DNA from: Macrostomum lignano
Taxonomy: Eukaryota
DNA length: 64,000 bases
Direction: 5' to 3'
Assembly (NCBI GenBank): GCA_002269645.1
Contig: NIVC01000269.1
Location: 310,001-374,000 of the forward strand
Notes under the pieces: generated by a model
Told to the model about the DNA's origin: nothing
Database searches by the model: none
What the model saw: the letters and a program-made list of their open reading frames with translations, nothing else
Shown here: piece by piece, positions 47,101-58,317 of the stretch
Position numbering within the stretch: the first letter of the stretch is position 1
Layout: each line of letters opens with the position of its first letter
Position numbers and translations under genes: made by a program

Positions 47101-50100
47101 CGGGCTGTGCTGCCTAAACAGGTAGGAATTGCGTTAGGGAAATCTCAATTAGGATAAGATAAGATTCCCGATTAGGAAAATCCTGGCTAGGGAAATCCCG
47201 GTTATGGAAATCCCGATTAGGGAAATCCCGATTAGGGAAATCCCGATCAGGGAAATCCCGATTAGGAAAATCCCGATTAGGGAAATCCCGATTAGGGAAA
47301 TCCCGATTAGGGAAATCCCGATTAGGGAAATCCCAATTAGGGAAATCCCGATCAGGGAAATCCCAATTAGGGAAATCCCGATCAGGGAAATCCCGATTAG
47401 GAAAATCCCGATTAGGGAAATCCCGATTAGGGAAATCCCGGTTATGGAAATCCCGATTAGGGAAATCCCGATTAGGGAAATCCCGATTAGGGAAATCCCG
47501 ATTAGGGAAATCCCGATTAGGAAAATCCCGATTAGGGAAATCCCGATTAGGGAAATCCCGATTAGGGAAATCCCGATTAGGTAAATCCTGATTAGGAAAA
47601 TCCCGATTAGGGAAATCCCAAAATCTATTCCTATGCCACATCTAAATATACTAAATTTATATACTTATTTATATTCTTTGACCAATGTGATATCAATGCC
47701 TCATCCCAAGGTGGACTGCGGCTGTCAGCTGATATACGCCATGGCCACCGGAATCCTGCTGCTAGGCGGCGGTCGCTATACTCTGAGCAATCGACCTGAA
47801 CACGCCGCCCTGCTCACTGTGGCTTTGTTTCCCAAGCTGCCCTGCAGTCTTACTGATAATTCGCATCATCTCCAAGCGTTGAGACATTTGTACGCCTTGG
47901 CCGCTGTGCCGCGCGTGCTGTGCCCTGTGTCGCTGCACAGCCGGCGTGTTGTGCCGGGATCCAGGGCCGATATCACTCTTGCGGCCACGAAGTATTACTC
48001 AGAGGTAATGAGGATTTAATGAAAGAATAAGGAGTATAATGTATTGGGTAAAGTTTAAATTTTTATTCATTTAAAAAACTCACTGTAATAGTGATCCCAA
48101 AAAATGTTTGGATGTTGAAAATAATTTTGTAATATCTTCAGCTTCTTGTAAGTATCACCGCTATCCTCGTTTGGTTTATATAAACCCATCCCATCCCATC
48201 TCACTGTACCTCATCTCACCCAATCTCATCCCATCCCATATCATCCCACCCCATCCAATCTCACTCTACCTCGTCCCACCCAATCCCATCGGCCATCTCA
48301 CTCTATCCCATCTTATATACCCATCCCATCCCATCTCATTCAAACTCGTCCCATCTCATCTCATCCCACCCCATCCCTTCTCACTCTATACCATCTAATC
48401 TCATCAATCTATCTTAGCTCATCTCCTGATACTCCACCCGATCCCATCCTATTTCATCTCATTCCACCCCACCCCGCAGTTGACTTACCAAGTTCGGCTG
48501 CCCTGCCTGCTGCCCGATCCGAGCTCCGTTCGTCGAGTGGTCGTCAGGGCGCCCGGTCACTGGCCTGTTCAACTGGACGGTGTCGACAGTCGTCAAGCTG
48601 CTGGTCGCCAGCAGCAGCAATCGATGTTGCAGGCAACTCTAAATCACGCATTCGGCTACGTTCTCATGATGGAGCGTCGAAGAGGCTGTCTAGGCGGCGA
48701 AGTTGTCGTAGTTGTTGCTCCGTCCGACGACTGCGACCACGACGATATCAAGCGAAATCAATTTGAATTTGACGATGTCGATCTTGACGACGTTGGCGCC
48801 GAGCTCGGCGAATCTGGCGACGTCGGCGATAGTCGACGGCGAATTTACAGGCGTCGGTTTTATCGGTTCGACGAGGCGGCCGCCAGGGCCGGCGACGGTA
48901 GCTGCCTGCACGCCTGGCAGCTGGTGCTAACGCAGGCCTTCTATGCCAGGATGTCGGCCACTGCGGTGGCTACCGCGGCGACAACCGGCGGCGATGGCGA
49001 CGAACTAGACGAGGCTGAGGACGAGTTCTACGGCGAGGATGCCGATGATTTGTTAAGTGTAGGTCTCGTGTCTATGCATTGGGATTTTTTGTGTGGAAAT
49101 TTTTGGCGAAATCGTCCTACCATCACCATCTACTGACGGCAATTCGGCCCATGACTCCTGAGCAGATTCAAGCCTGTCAATACTGTACGCAGGCGCTTTA
49201 CAGACGCTCACACAGGGTGTACAGCGATGCTTTGACTTTGTAATCGTGGTGGTGATTTAGGTTTAGGGATTTTGACGTAGGGATTTAGCAACAGGGACTC
49301 ATATGTGGGCATTTTGATGTGGGGATTAAGGTGTGGGGATTTATGTGTGTGAGGATTTAGGTGTGTGGGGATTTAGGTGTGTGGAGATTTAGATGTGTGG
49401 AGATTTAGATGTGTGGAGATTTAGGTGTGTGGGGATTTAGGTATGTGGGGATTTAGGTGTGGAGATTTAGATGTGTGGGGATTTAGGTGTGGGGATTTAG
49501 GTGTGGAGATTTAGGTGTTTGCAGATTTAGGTATGTGGGGGTTTAGGTATGTGGGGATTTAGGTGTGGAGATTTAGGTGTGGAGATTTAGGTGTGGAGAT
49601 TTAGGTGTGGAGATTTAGGTGTGGAGAATTAGGTGTGTGCGGATTTAGGTATGTGGGGATTCATGTGCGGGAATTTTCGTGTGGAGATTAAGGTATGTGG
49701 GGATTGTGGAGATTTAGATGTGTGGGGATTCAGGTGTGGGGATTTAGATGTGTGGGGATTTAGGTGTGGAGATTTCGATGTGTGGGGATTTAGGTGTGTG
49801 AATTTAGGTGTGTGGGGATTTAAGTGTGTGGGGATTTAGGTGTGTGGGGATTTAGGTGTGTGGTGATTTAGGTGTGGTGATTTTGACGTAGGGATTTAAA
49901 AACGGGGACTCAGGTGTGGGCATTGTGGTGTGGGGATTAAGGTGTGGGGATTTAGGTGTGGGGATTTAGGTGTGTGGGGATTTAGGTGTGGAGATTTAGA
50001 TGTGTGGGGACTCAGGTGTGGGCATTGTGGTGTGGGGATTAAGGTGTGGCGATTTTAGGTGTGGGGATTTAGGTGTGGCGATTTTAGGTGTGGGGATTTA

Positions 50101-50685
50101 GATGTAGGATTTTAGGTGTGGGGATTTAGATGTAGGATTTTAGGTGTGGGGACTTCGATGTGAAGATTTTGACGTAGGGCCGGATTTAAGTGCGGGAAGG
50201 GGACTCAGGTGTTGGGATTTAGATTTAAGGATATGGTTTTATCGATTTTGCGACTATGTAGAATGTAACTGTTGTCTGTCAGTGCATAAAGCAGTAGATT
50301 TATTTTTTTTCTAAAGATTTTCATCTTCCTCCCCTACTAGGCTGGCATCAGCAGTCGCAGACATCGCGTGCTGCCCGCCTCTCGTCTCTATCAATGCGTC
50401 GCTCTTGTCAGCCGTCGTCTCGTTCGTAGCGTTTTAACAGCGTCGCCAAGCGGCAAGTCTTTGTCCGCAGCAGCCGCTGTATTCCTTGGCAGCGCGCTGT
50501 TTCGTAGAAAACCGGCCGAACTGCAAGAGCTGCGTGAACTAGCCCAGCGGAGCAGTCTGGAGCCGTGGCTGTTTCTCCGGCGTTGTCGAGAAATCGACAC
50601 TTCCGACGGAGGTGGCGGCGTCGACATTGAGTCGGATGAGCAGCGGATGGCGCTATTCCGGCTGATGTCTGTCGGCAAGATTTAA
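32148..50685 (+). CDS. ANAPC1: Anaphase-promoting complex subunit 1 (APC1), 15 exons, about 2193 aa
   Basis: Exons 32148-33205, 33702-34404, 35467-36195, 36659-36849, 37678-38078, 39034-39359, 39468-39683, 40314-40652, 43082-43369, 43983-44403, 45598-45875, 46708-47121, 47711-48004, 48480-49058 and 50341-50685. All GT-AG with compatible phases; 6582 nt. APC1 motifs: LFSLSHPLDD, LPFGVALP...LLGRKDL, LPVGMG, FHNGVAAGL, LGLGINGHL, LLAEIGQP, EGDSYNVEVTAPGA, LDFVRPDLL, LGGGRYTLS, HLQALRHLYALA. The last two exons are less certain. Confidence 0.95.
33225..33665. repeat. About 31-bp degenerate minisatellite, ANAPC1 intron 1
   Basis: TTTGGGAT(C/A)ATCTTCCCCAAT(G/A)TCCAACCAG units. Confidence 0.85.
34450..35310. 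repeat. 26-28-bp minisatellite, ANAPC1 intron 2
   Basis: AAGAATAAAAACCCCAATCTTCAACA and CGTGGCATAAAAATCCCAATCTTCAACA units. Confidence 0.93.
36265..36600. repeat. 21-bp minisatellite, ANAPC1 intron 3
   Basis: AAATGAAATGGCGCCTCCCCC units. Confidence 0.92.
36858..37500. repeat. About 25-bp minisatellite, ANAPC1 intron 4
   Basis: GGATTTTTATCCCCTGGAGATTTGG units starting just after the donor. Confidence 0.9.
38130..39000. repeat. About 24-27-bp minisatellite with dimeric variants, ANAPC1 intron 5
   Basis: GAGATATGGGTGAGATTGATAGGCATG units. Confidence 0.92.
40080..40275. repeat. 36-bp minisatellite, 5 copies, ANAPC1 intron 7
   Basis: GGATGGATGTACATTGGCGGAGTGAGGTTGGTGCTC units. Confidence 0.93.
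40720..43070. repeat. 46-47-bp minisatellite, about 50 copies, ANAPC1 intron 8
   Basis: CTTGTTGCTAGGGTCTAAATTAGGGGAAGATTTCTGGGGATTATTAG units with a higher-order repetition of variants. Confidence 0.96.
43500..43890. repeat. About 35-bp pyrimidine-rich minisatellite, ANAPC1 intron 9
   Basis: CCTTCTGTCTCTCTCTTGATCTCTCTTTTCCTAAA units. Confidence 0.9.
44470..45570. repeat. 36-42-bp minisatellite, ANAPC1 intron 10
   Basis: GTGACTCTGTCACTGTGAATGTGAGTGACTCTGTGACT units. Confidence 0.95.
45940..46600. repeat. 24-25-bp minisatellite, ANAPC1 intron 11
   Basis: TAGATGTCTCCTGATCCCGATTCT(T) units. Confidence 0.95.
47160..47620. repeat. 15-bp minisatellite, ANAPC1 intron 12
   Basis: AGGGAAATCCCGATT units, about 28 copies. 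Confidence 0.96.
48185..48475. repeat. Degenerate (CCCAT/CTCAT)n low-complexity tract, ANAPC1 intron 13
   Basis: Recurring CCCATCCCATCTCA-like motifs. Confidence 0.7.
49246..50230 (-). repeat. 14-16-bp minisatellite (GTGGGGATTTAGGTGT)n, ANAPC1 intron 14
   Basis: Reverse complement of the 30555-31486 family. Confidence 0.92.
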
Positions 50686-50829
50686 ACTGACTCCTGTCGT
50701 TTTTTTATCTCGCTGTCGTCCTCTTTAAGACATTGTTAGTCATTTCTAGGAATTTGGCGCGTTATTGTGCGTTTCTAAGAATCGTAATTCAATTTCTTAG
50801 AATATTGAATACGAATATTGAATACCAAT

Positions 50830-51360
50830 CCAGCTTCTTAGAATATTATTCCGGTTTCTAAGAATATCAATCCGGTTTCTAAAAATACCAATCCTGTTTC
50901 TAAGAATACCAATCCTGTTTCTAAGAATACCAATCCGGTTTCTAAGAATACCAATCCTGTTTCTAAGAAAACCAATCCGGTTTCTAAGAATACCAATCCT
51001 GTTTCTAAGAAAACCAATCCGGTTTCTAAGAAAACCAATCCGGTTTCTAAGAATACCAATCCGGTTTCTAAGAATACCAATCCGGTTTCTAAGAAAACCA
51101 ATCTGGTTTCTATAAGAATACCAATCTGGTTTCTATAAGAATACCAATCTGGTTTCTAAGAAAACCAATCCGGTTTCTAAGAAAACCAATCTGGTTTCTA
51201 TAAGAATACCAATCTGGTTTCTATAAGAATAACAATCTGGTTTCTATAAGAATACCAATCTGGTTTCTAAGAAAACCAATCCGGTTTCTAAGAATACCAA
51301 TCCGGGTTCTAAGAATACCAATCCGGTTTCTAAGAAAACCAATCCGGTTTCTAAGAATAC
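50830..51360. repeat. 21-bp minisatellite (CCAATCCGGTTTCTAAGAATA)n, intergenic
   Basis: About 25 copies. Explains ORF 50838-51101. Confidence 0.95.
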
Positions 51361-51739
51361 CACTAAGTTATGCATTTTGTCGGTTTATTCTTTTTTGCGG
51401 TGCTTATTATTGAATTATAATGCTTTCTACTCTCGTATATATGAACCCGGTTTCAGTTTCTGCTTCGGTTTGAATTCGACCGTAGCTCGTCAGCTATTTT
51501 CATTTTATAAAGTTTCTCATTGAAACTTAATTGTTAATACGAGTATAATGAGTAACTATTTTCAACTCATACTGGTAACTGTATTTTATTTCATAAATGC
51601 TTAAAATAAATTTGTTAGTTAACAATCGCATGACTCTATAATACTAACCTGTTTGAGCGATTTCTTCTTTGAAAGTAAAAAATTACTTGCAGATAAGTAG
51701 GACGACAGATGACATTAAGTAGGTAGGCTCTTAGGCTGG

Positions 51740-52420
51740 TAGATTGGTAGACTGGTAGATTGGTAAATTGGCAGATTGGTAGAGTGGTAGATTAGTAGAT
51801 TGGTAGATTAGCAGATTAGTAAACTGTTAGATTGGTAGACTGGCAGATTGGTAAACTGTTAGATTGGCTGATTGGTAGATTGGCAGATTGGTAAACTGGT
51901 ATATTGGTAGATTAGTGGATTGGTGGAGTGGCAGATTGGTGGAGTGGCAGATCGGTAAACTGGGTATATTGGTAGATTGGTGGATTGGCAGATTGGTGGA
52001 GTGGCAGATTGGTGGAGTGGCAGATTGGTGGAGTGGCAGATTGGTGGAGTGGCAGATTGGTGGAGTGGTAGATTAGTAGATTGGTAGATTAGCAGATTAG
52101 TAAACTGTTAGATTGGTAGACTGGCAGATTGGTAAACTGTTAGATTGGCTGATTGGTAGATTGGCAGATTGGCAGATTGGTAAACTGGTATATTGGTAGA
52201 TTGGTGGATTGGTGGAGTGGCAGATCGGTAAACTGGGTATATTGGTAGATTGGTGGATTGGCAGATTGGTGGAGTGGCAGATTGGTGGAGTTGCAGATTG
52301 GTGGAGTGGCAGATTGGTAAACTTGGTAGATTGGTGGATTGGCAGATTGGTGGAGTTGCAGATTGGTAAACTGGTAGATTGGTAGATTGGCAGATTGTTA
52401 GACTATTAAATTAGCAGACT
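51740..52420. repeat. 8/16-bp minisatellite (AGATTGGT / GTGGCAGATTGGTGGA)n, intergenic
   Basis: Direct reading, with partial higher-order duplication. Confidence 0.9.
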
Positions 52421-52597
52421 AGTAAGTGAGTATTTATTGTCAGGCGGCAATTGACAGACTAGGTCGATGCACGAGGTAATTAATAATAAGTAACAAGATC
52501 TGTATCTAACTTAGCTAATTAATACCTTTTCCAGCTACTGTCAGTAGTAGCTGATCGAACACACACAGTAGTCTGTTTATAAAAATAGAATACTCAA

Positions 52598-53959
52598 ATG
52601 TCGGCCATATCTGGCGAAGTGAACGTTCGCGTTGCCGTCCGAGTCCGACCTCTGTTGCCAAGAGAAAAACTCGAAGGCGAAGAGTCCTGCGTTCGAGTTG
52701 TCGACCAATGCCAACTGGTGATTGGCCGGGAACGCGCGTTCACTTTCGATCACGCATTTGGCGCTAGGAATACGCAACAGGAGCTGTACAATGCCTGCGT
52801 GAGGCCGCTCATTGATGCTCTATTCGAGGGCTACAATGCCACAGTGTTCGCCTACGGTCAGACCTCGGCTGGCAAAACCTATACTATGGGCACTTGCAAT
52901 CAGGAGGATCTGCTTCCAGAAGAGCGCGGAGTTATCCCCAGAGCTGTTGCAGATCTGTACGCCACGGTTAGGGCTAAGCAGAGGCAGCACTCTGCTGGCA
53001 GCGTGGCCGGCTCGCGTCACGAGTTGCGGGTGACAGTGAAGGTCACCTATATTGAAATCTATCGGGAAGAGATTAGAGATCTGCTGGATTCTGATAGGAC
53101 AGATATTCGATTGAGAGAAGACGATCAGGTGAGATTTGCCTACCTGTGAGCTCTTATCTAGAGTGAGATTTCCCTACCTGTGAGATATTAGCTATAGTGA
53201 GATTTCCCTACCTGTGAGATATTAGCTATAGTGAGATTTCCCTACCTGTGAGATATTAGCTATAGTGAGATTTCCCTACCTCTGAGACCTTGTCTATAGT
53301 GAGATTTGCCTACCTGTGAGCTCTTATCTAGAATGAGATTTCCTTGCCTGTGAGATCTTATCTAGAATGAGATTTCCCTACCTGTGAGATATTAGCTATA
53401 GTGAGATTTCCCTACCTGTGAGATATTAGCTATAGTGAGATTTCCCTACCTGTGAGATATTAGCTATAGTGAGATTTCCCTACCTCTGAGACCTTGTCTA
53501 TAGTGAGATTTCCCTACCTGTGAGATATTGTCTAGAGTGAGATTTCCCTACCCTGAACGAGATTTTGTCCTTAAGGTGAGGTTTTCTATCCTGTGAGATT
53601 CCAAGGCACAAAATGAGATTTCCTATCCCACACTGTAAGATTCTAAGCACTGAATTAATTGATAATATTCTCAGGCCTTCAAAAAAGTACCAAAAGTACT
53701 TTATTAACTACTGTACTGGTAAACCCGCGCCCCGCAGGGTAACACCATTCTATGCGGCGCCTCCGAGACCCTCTGCCCTACAGAGGACGACCTCTTAGCC
53801 TGTTTAGAGACCGGATCAGCCGCTCGTGTAACCGGGGCTACTCAGATGAACGAAGCTTCGTCTAGATCGCACTGCGTCTTCTGCGTTACTGTTACGCAAG
53901 AATGGACTGACAAACTGTCAGCGGGTGCTCAACAACAGCTGCAGAGTGCTACGCCTGCG
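52598..53959 (+). CDS. Kinesin motor protein, kinesin-4 KIF7/KIF27-like; first two exons only
   Basis: Exons 52598-53128 and 53738-53959 (phase 0). VRVAVRVRP, FTFDHAF, P-loop AYGQTSAGKTYTMG, YIEIYREEIRDLL, EDDQGNTILCGA, switch I MNEASSRSH. The switch II (DLAGSE) exon was not found in the window. Confidence 0.92.
53129..53600. repeat. 34-bp minisatellite filling kinesin intron 1
   Basis: GTGAGATTTCCCTACCTGTGAGATATTAGCTATA units, about 14 copies; the first copy starts at the donor GT. Confidence 0.94.
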
Positions 53960-54203
53960 GTGAGAGTTTGGCTATGTCAATTGATAAGAGCTATCATTTT
54001 TATTGCTATGATCGGAACTGGTTTCCAACCGGTAGAAAAATGGACGGTCACAAAAAAGGGCTGTGGCCATTCATGCTCATAAAAATAGGGTCACATGTAC
54101 CGTTCACTGTGAACATACTTTGACTGTTTGCAACCTTGGGACCTTATTTTGTGTCCGTTGTGTTACCAGCACTAGCATCAGAAATTAGTGACAAGAAAGC
54201 TAA

Positions 54204-54574
54204 GGGGGCCGTAGCCCAGCGGTCTAGCGCAGGCTCTGGTGTGCCAGCGACCCAGGCTCGATTCCAAGTGCAAATTAAATTAACATTAATTTGGGGCTGA
54301 ATTGGAATCTCGGCTTGGCTCTGCTCGTGCAATTAACGGCCTTGAGAGCCAACCCCCAAGGCGCAGTGAAGTGTACATGCCTAACGATAAAATAAAGTTA
54401 GGGCCGCTGTACACTCCTGTGTGAGTGTGTGCCTGCGTACGTATCCGCACGCTTGTATGCCTGCTCAGGGGAGTCGGCGGAATGGGCACTGGGCAGTAAT
54501 GCCTCTCGCCGGTTGTGTGCCTATGTCTCTTAAAGTGCGCCAGGGTGCACACAACCCCCTGCCTCTAAAAAAAC
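54204..54574 (+). mobile_element. tRNA-derived SINE, about 370 bp with A-rich tail
   Basis: A-box TAGCCCAGCGG, B-box GGCTCGATTCC, central domain shared with the 31487 copy, and a terminal CTAAAAAAAAC tract. Confidence 0.65.
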
Positions 54575-55240
54575 AAGAAAGCTAATCTATATATTTGAAT
54601 ATGCCCAATATTAGATTAAGCATATTAAGCACCTATGTTGTTGGTGCTGGCTTACATCGTTTTTACTACCTAACCAGGTGCCAATCATTATTATGTTGTT
54701 ACTTCCGTTCGCAGGACCGCTTTTTTCTTCCTTATCGTCGTTGGTCCTTTCCTCAAACGTGGCCATGACATCCTTGAAAGTTCTAGTGCCTTGTTTGATC
54801 GGTGTGTGGTCGTCAGCAAACGTCAGTTTTGCCCACGACCGCAGGCTTCACCGCCCCCGGTTTCTTTTTTGCCCGGCTGGGTCGCCATTCTGCCCGCTTA
54901 GCACCGTCGTGAAGATTGGGAACCCGCGCCTCTGGGAACCCGAGAGTCGCTCGATGACTAAGAGTCTTCTTCCCGTTCTCGCCGGTAGGGCATGAGACAC
55001 CTGTAGTCATTCTCCCCGACACGTTCTCCTGTGTCTAGCCATGTTTGTTTTGGACAACTCTCGACCGCTAATTGAGTTTGCTGTTGCTGCACGATACTTC
55101 CTAGCCCCACTATCCGTCCCGTCTGGCTTTCTGCTGTCGCTGTTGCTGTTGTTTGCGGAGTGCGGCTCCAGTGCGGATTCCAGATGGGGACCCAGTCGAG
55201 GGCACCCAGGAGCCGCGCCACCAAGTGACCATCGGCCAAG

Positions 55241-56030
55241 TCACAGACGTTGGACTCCAATCGAAAGGCGAGTCGTTTCCAAAGCGGGACAAGTCAGCAG
55301 GTGAAATTGATCAACTTCGTCCCCGCATAGCCTGCAGGTGGCATCGTTGGTCCTCCCGATGCGCTTTTTGTAGTAGACCGACGCCAGGCAGTGGCCGGCG
55401 CGGACCTGCGAGACTAGGACTTTCTGGTTTCTGGGGCCATCATGGAAGGTGATGCGCCCCGAGTAAACTGCTTCCAGGTGGCCCTCAACGACGGGCTGGT
55501 ACCCGTCCGACCTGCGCAGTAGGTTCTTGGACGCAGCGAGTGCAAGGGGGGGTGCTGTTAAGGCAGGCACGCGGCCCGCTTGGCCTCCAGGTCGACCAGC
55601 TCAATTCCACGTGCCCAGGGATCCACTGGATGGTAATGGCCGTGACTTGGATAGCACGTCTGATGAGATTCTTGAGTGTTTCTAGGAGGCTGTTGGTAGT
55701 GGTTGCAGTCGGCCTGGATGGTTCGGATGGCGGCCTGGGTGTCAGTCAGGATGGCGGCTTCCGGCGGTTCCTCCGTTAAGATGTCGCCCAGGGCCAGACA
55801 AAGGGCGTGGAGCTCAGCTTCAAAGGAGCTACACCATCTGCCGGCCGCAGCACGCCCCAAACGAATGATCAGGTCCTGGCGGCTGCAGTACAGTATCCAG
55901 GCCGCTCCACAAAGCTGAGTACCGCTGGTGGCTGATCCATCGTTGTAATAGCAGGTGTCCGGAAGGCGCTTTCTGTGGGTCTCCTCGACGAGGTCGCGCC
56001 ATTGAGCGCCTCCCAGGGGGGGGGGGGCGC
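55241..56030 (-). mobile_element. 3' fragment of an RNase H-bearing LINE (I/Ingi/R1-like), frameshifted
   Basis: YYNDGS, CSSFEAELHAL, LTDTQAA, QWIPGHVGIELVDLEAK (RNase H); SQVRAGH...CRLCGDEVDQFHLLTCPAL (C-terminal CCHC). Confidence 0.85.
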
Positions 56031-56419
56031 ATGAACCCAGGAGTTCGGCAGTCTCTCGAACGGGAGGGGGTTGGCCAAAATTTTGTTGGCTTGCTCACGG
56101 ATGGTAACTGCTGTCGCTGTTGCCGTTGTCGCCGTTGTTGAAGTTGTCACCGATGTCTCCACCGCTTGACTTTGCGTCTTAACTGTCGCCGCCCCTTTGC
56201 ATGCTCTCCTGTGCCGCGCTAGATTCGACTTTTATATACCGACGTGTCGCATCCGGCGCACCTTACGGTTTTGTAGCTATAACTTCAGTCTCACCTCGGC
56301 AAATCTTCCAATGATTGGCCAACGTAGCCTCTTGTCTGAAGATTTTCCCACACTTGGTGCAGTTAAACGTGACAGGCTTATCAGTCACTCGGCGCATACG
56401 TTTCTCGTGAATAGTTAGC

Positions 56420-57430
56420 TCCATCTAAATTTTTAGCTTAATTGTCTCCATTTGTGGTCGTCCTCTGGCTCTGTTGCTGCAGGTGTTTCGGGGGTGCCTT
56501 GCGGCCCCAATTTGCTCCCTGCGGTTTCCTTGTTGCTTCTTCCAGCTTTGAATGTGCTTTACTCGTTTCTGGACAACGTGTTTCCAGACTTTGCGATCGA
56601 GTACTAGTCGTTCTACAGTGGAGGGTTGCAGGCCAGCTTCTCGCAACAGTTTTTGCCAGAAGGCGATGGTGTTTCCTCTCTTCCTCTTGCGGATGTTTTC
56701 TAGTGGTGAAAACCATCCGAGGATAGCTCCCCTGGTTTGCTGGTCGTCTGGCATTCTGAGGATGTGGGGGTAGTACTATAAAGCTGTCGTAGCGTAAGTT
56801 CGATCGTACGTCGGAACTTTTACACTGCGGAGATAGGAGCTAAGATCGATCTTATCTTACGATGGCTTTATCGAACGGGCCCGTGGCCTATTCTCAGATG
56901 TGCTTGTTCTACTTTAAGTTGTCGTTTATAATGTCCTCGATGGGTAAGAGTATTCTTCTTCAACCATTTTGTCGCCTTGCGGTGTAGGTACCCTGCGAGC
57001 CACTATTCTTCTCTGCACGTTTTCCTGTGACGCGCTATGTTCGTCAGCGCTAGCGTCTTTCCGCAATCCGGACACGGTCCGGTCTTGCTCCTATACACGC
57101 GGGCTGTAACGTTCTGCTCCTCTGCTACTTGTCTTTCCTCGTGCTGTCTGCAGTTCTTCCTGTGTCTGGATTAGTTCGATTTAGAGACGGTTTTTCCTCA
57201 CGCATTACAGGTGATTCGGCTTTCTTGCGCCTCTTCCCCGCGGCATGTCTTCATGTAGTTTTTACGCGTCACCTCAGTCTTAAAGTCCCCGCTGCACTTC
57301 GGGCACGGCAGACTGGCTCTGGTCATCAGGTGGTGCATGCGGCACTGGTGCACCGAAGGCCTCCTCGCGTGGTGCAGATCTTGACACAGACACCACCTTC
57401 CGACTTCGAATGGCCCTTTGCATACACGCA
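56420..57430 (-). mobile_element. Decayed C-terminal part of an RTE-like LINE ORF with zinc-finger-like motifs
   Basis: RKRKRGNTIAFWQKLLREAGL...LVLDRKVWKHVV resembles the post-RT segment of RTE-type elements. CPKC...H/C and CGKT...HRKTC motifs follow. Confidence 0.5.
56767..56882. mobile_element. 116-bp palindromic MITE (possibly PIF/Harbinger-type), 3-bp GTG flanking duplication
   Basis: GGGGTAGTACTATAAAGCTGTCGTAGCGTAAGTTCGATC aligns with the reverse complement of the right end GGGCCCGTTCGATAAAGCCATCGTAAGATAAGATCGATC. GTG at 56764-56766 and 56883-56885. Confidence 0.6.
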
Positions 57431-57498
57431 CGCGATATAGTAAGCTATTATAGTGGGATATTATTGATCCTTAGCTGCGAGTTTTTAGCCGTCCTAAA

Positions 57499-58317
<819 letters not shown>

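Noticed and set aside
55655-55700. CTGATGA hammerhead-ribozyme core candidates (also about 19720 and about 60600 on the minus strand)
   Set aside because: No correctly placed stem II plus GAAA; two of them lie in TE coding remnants.
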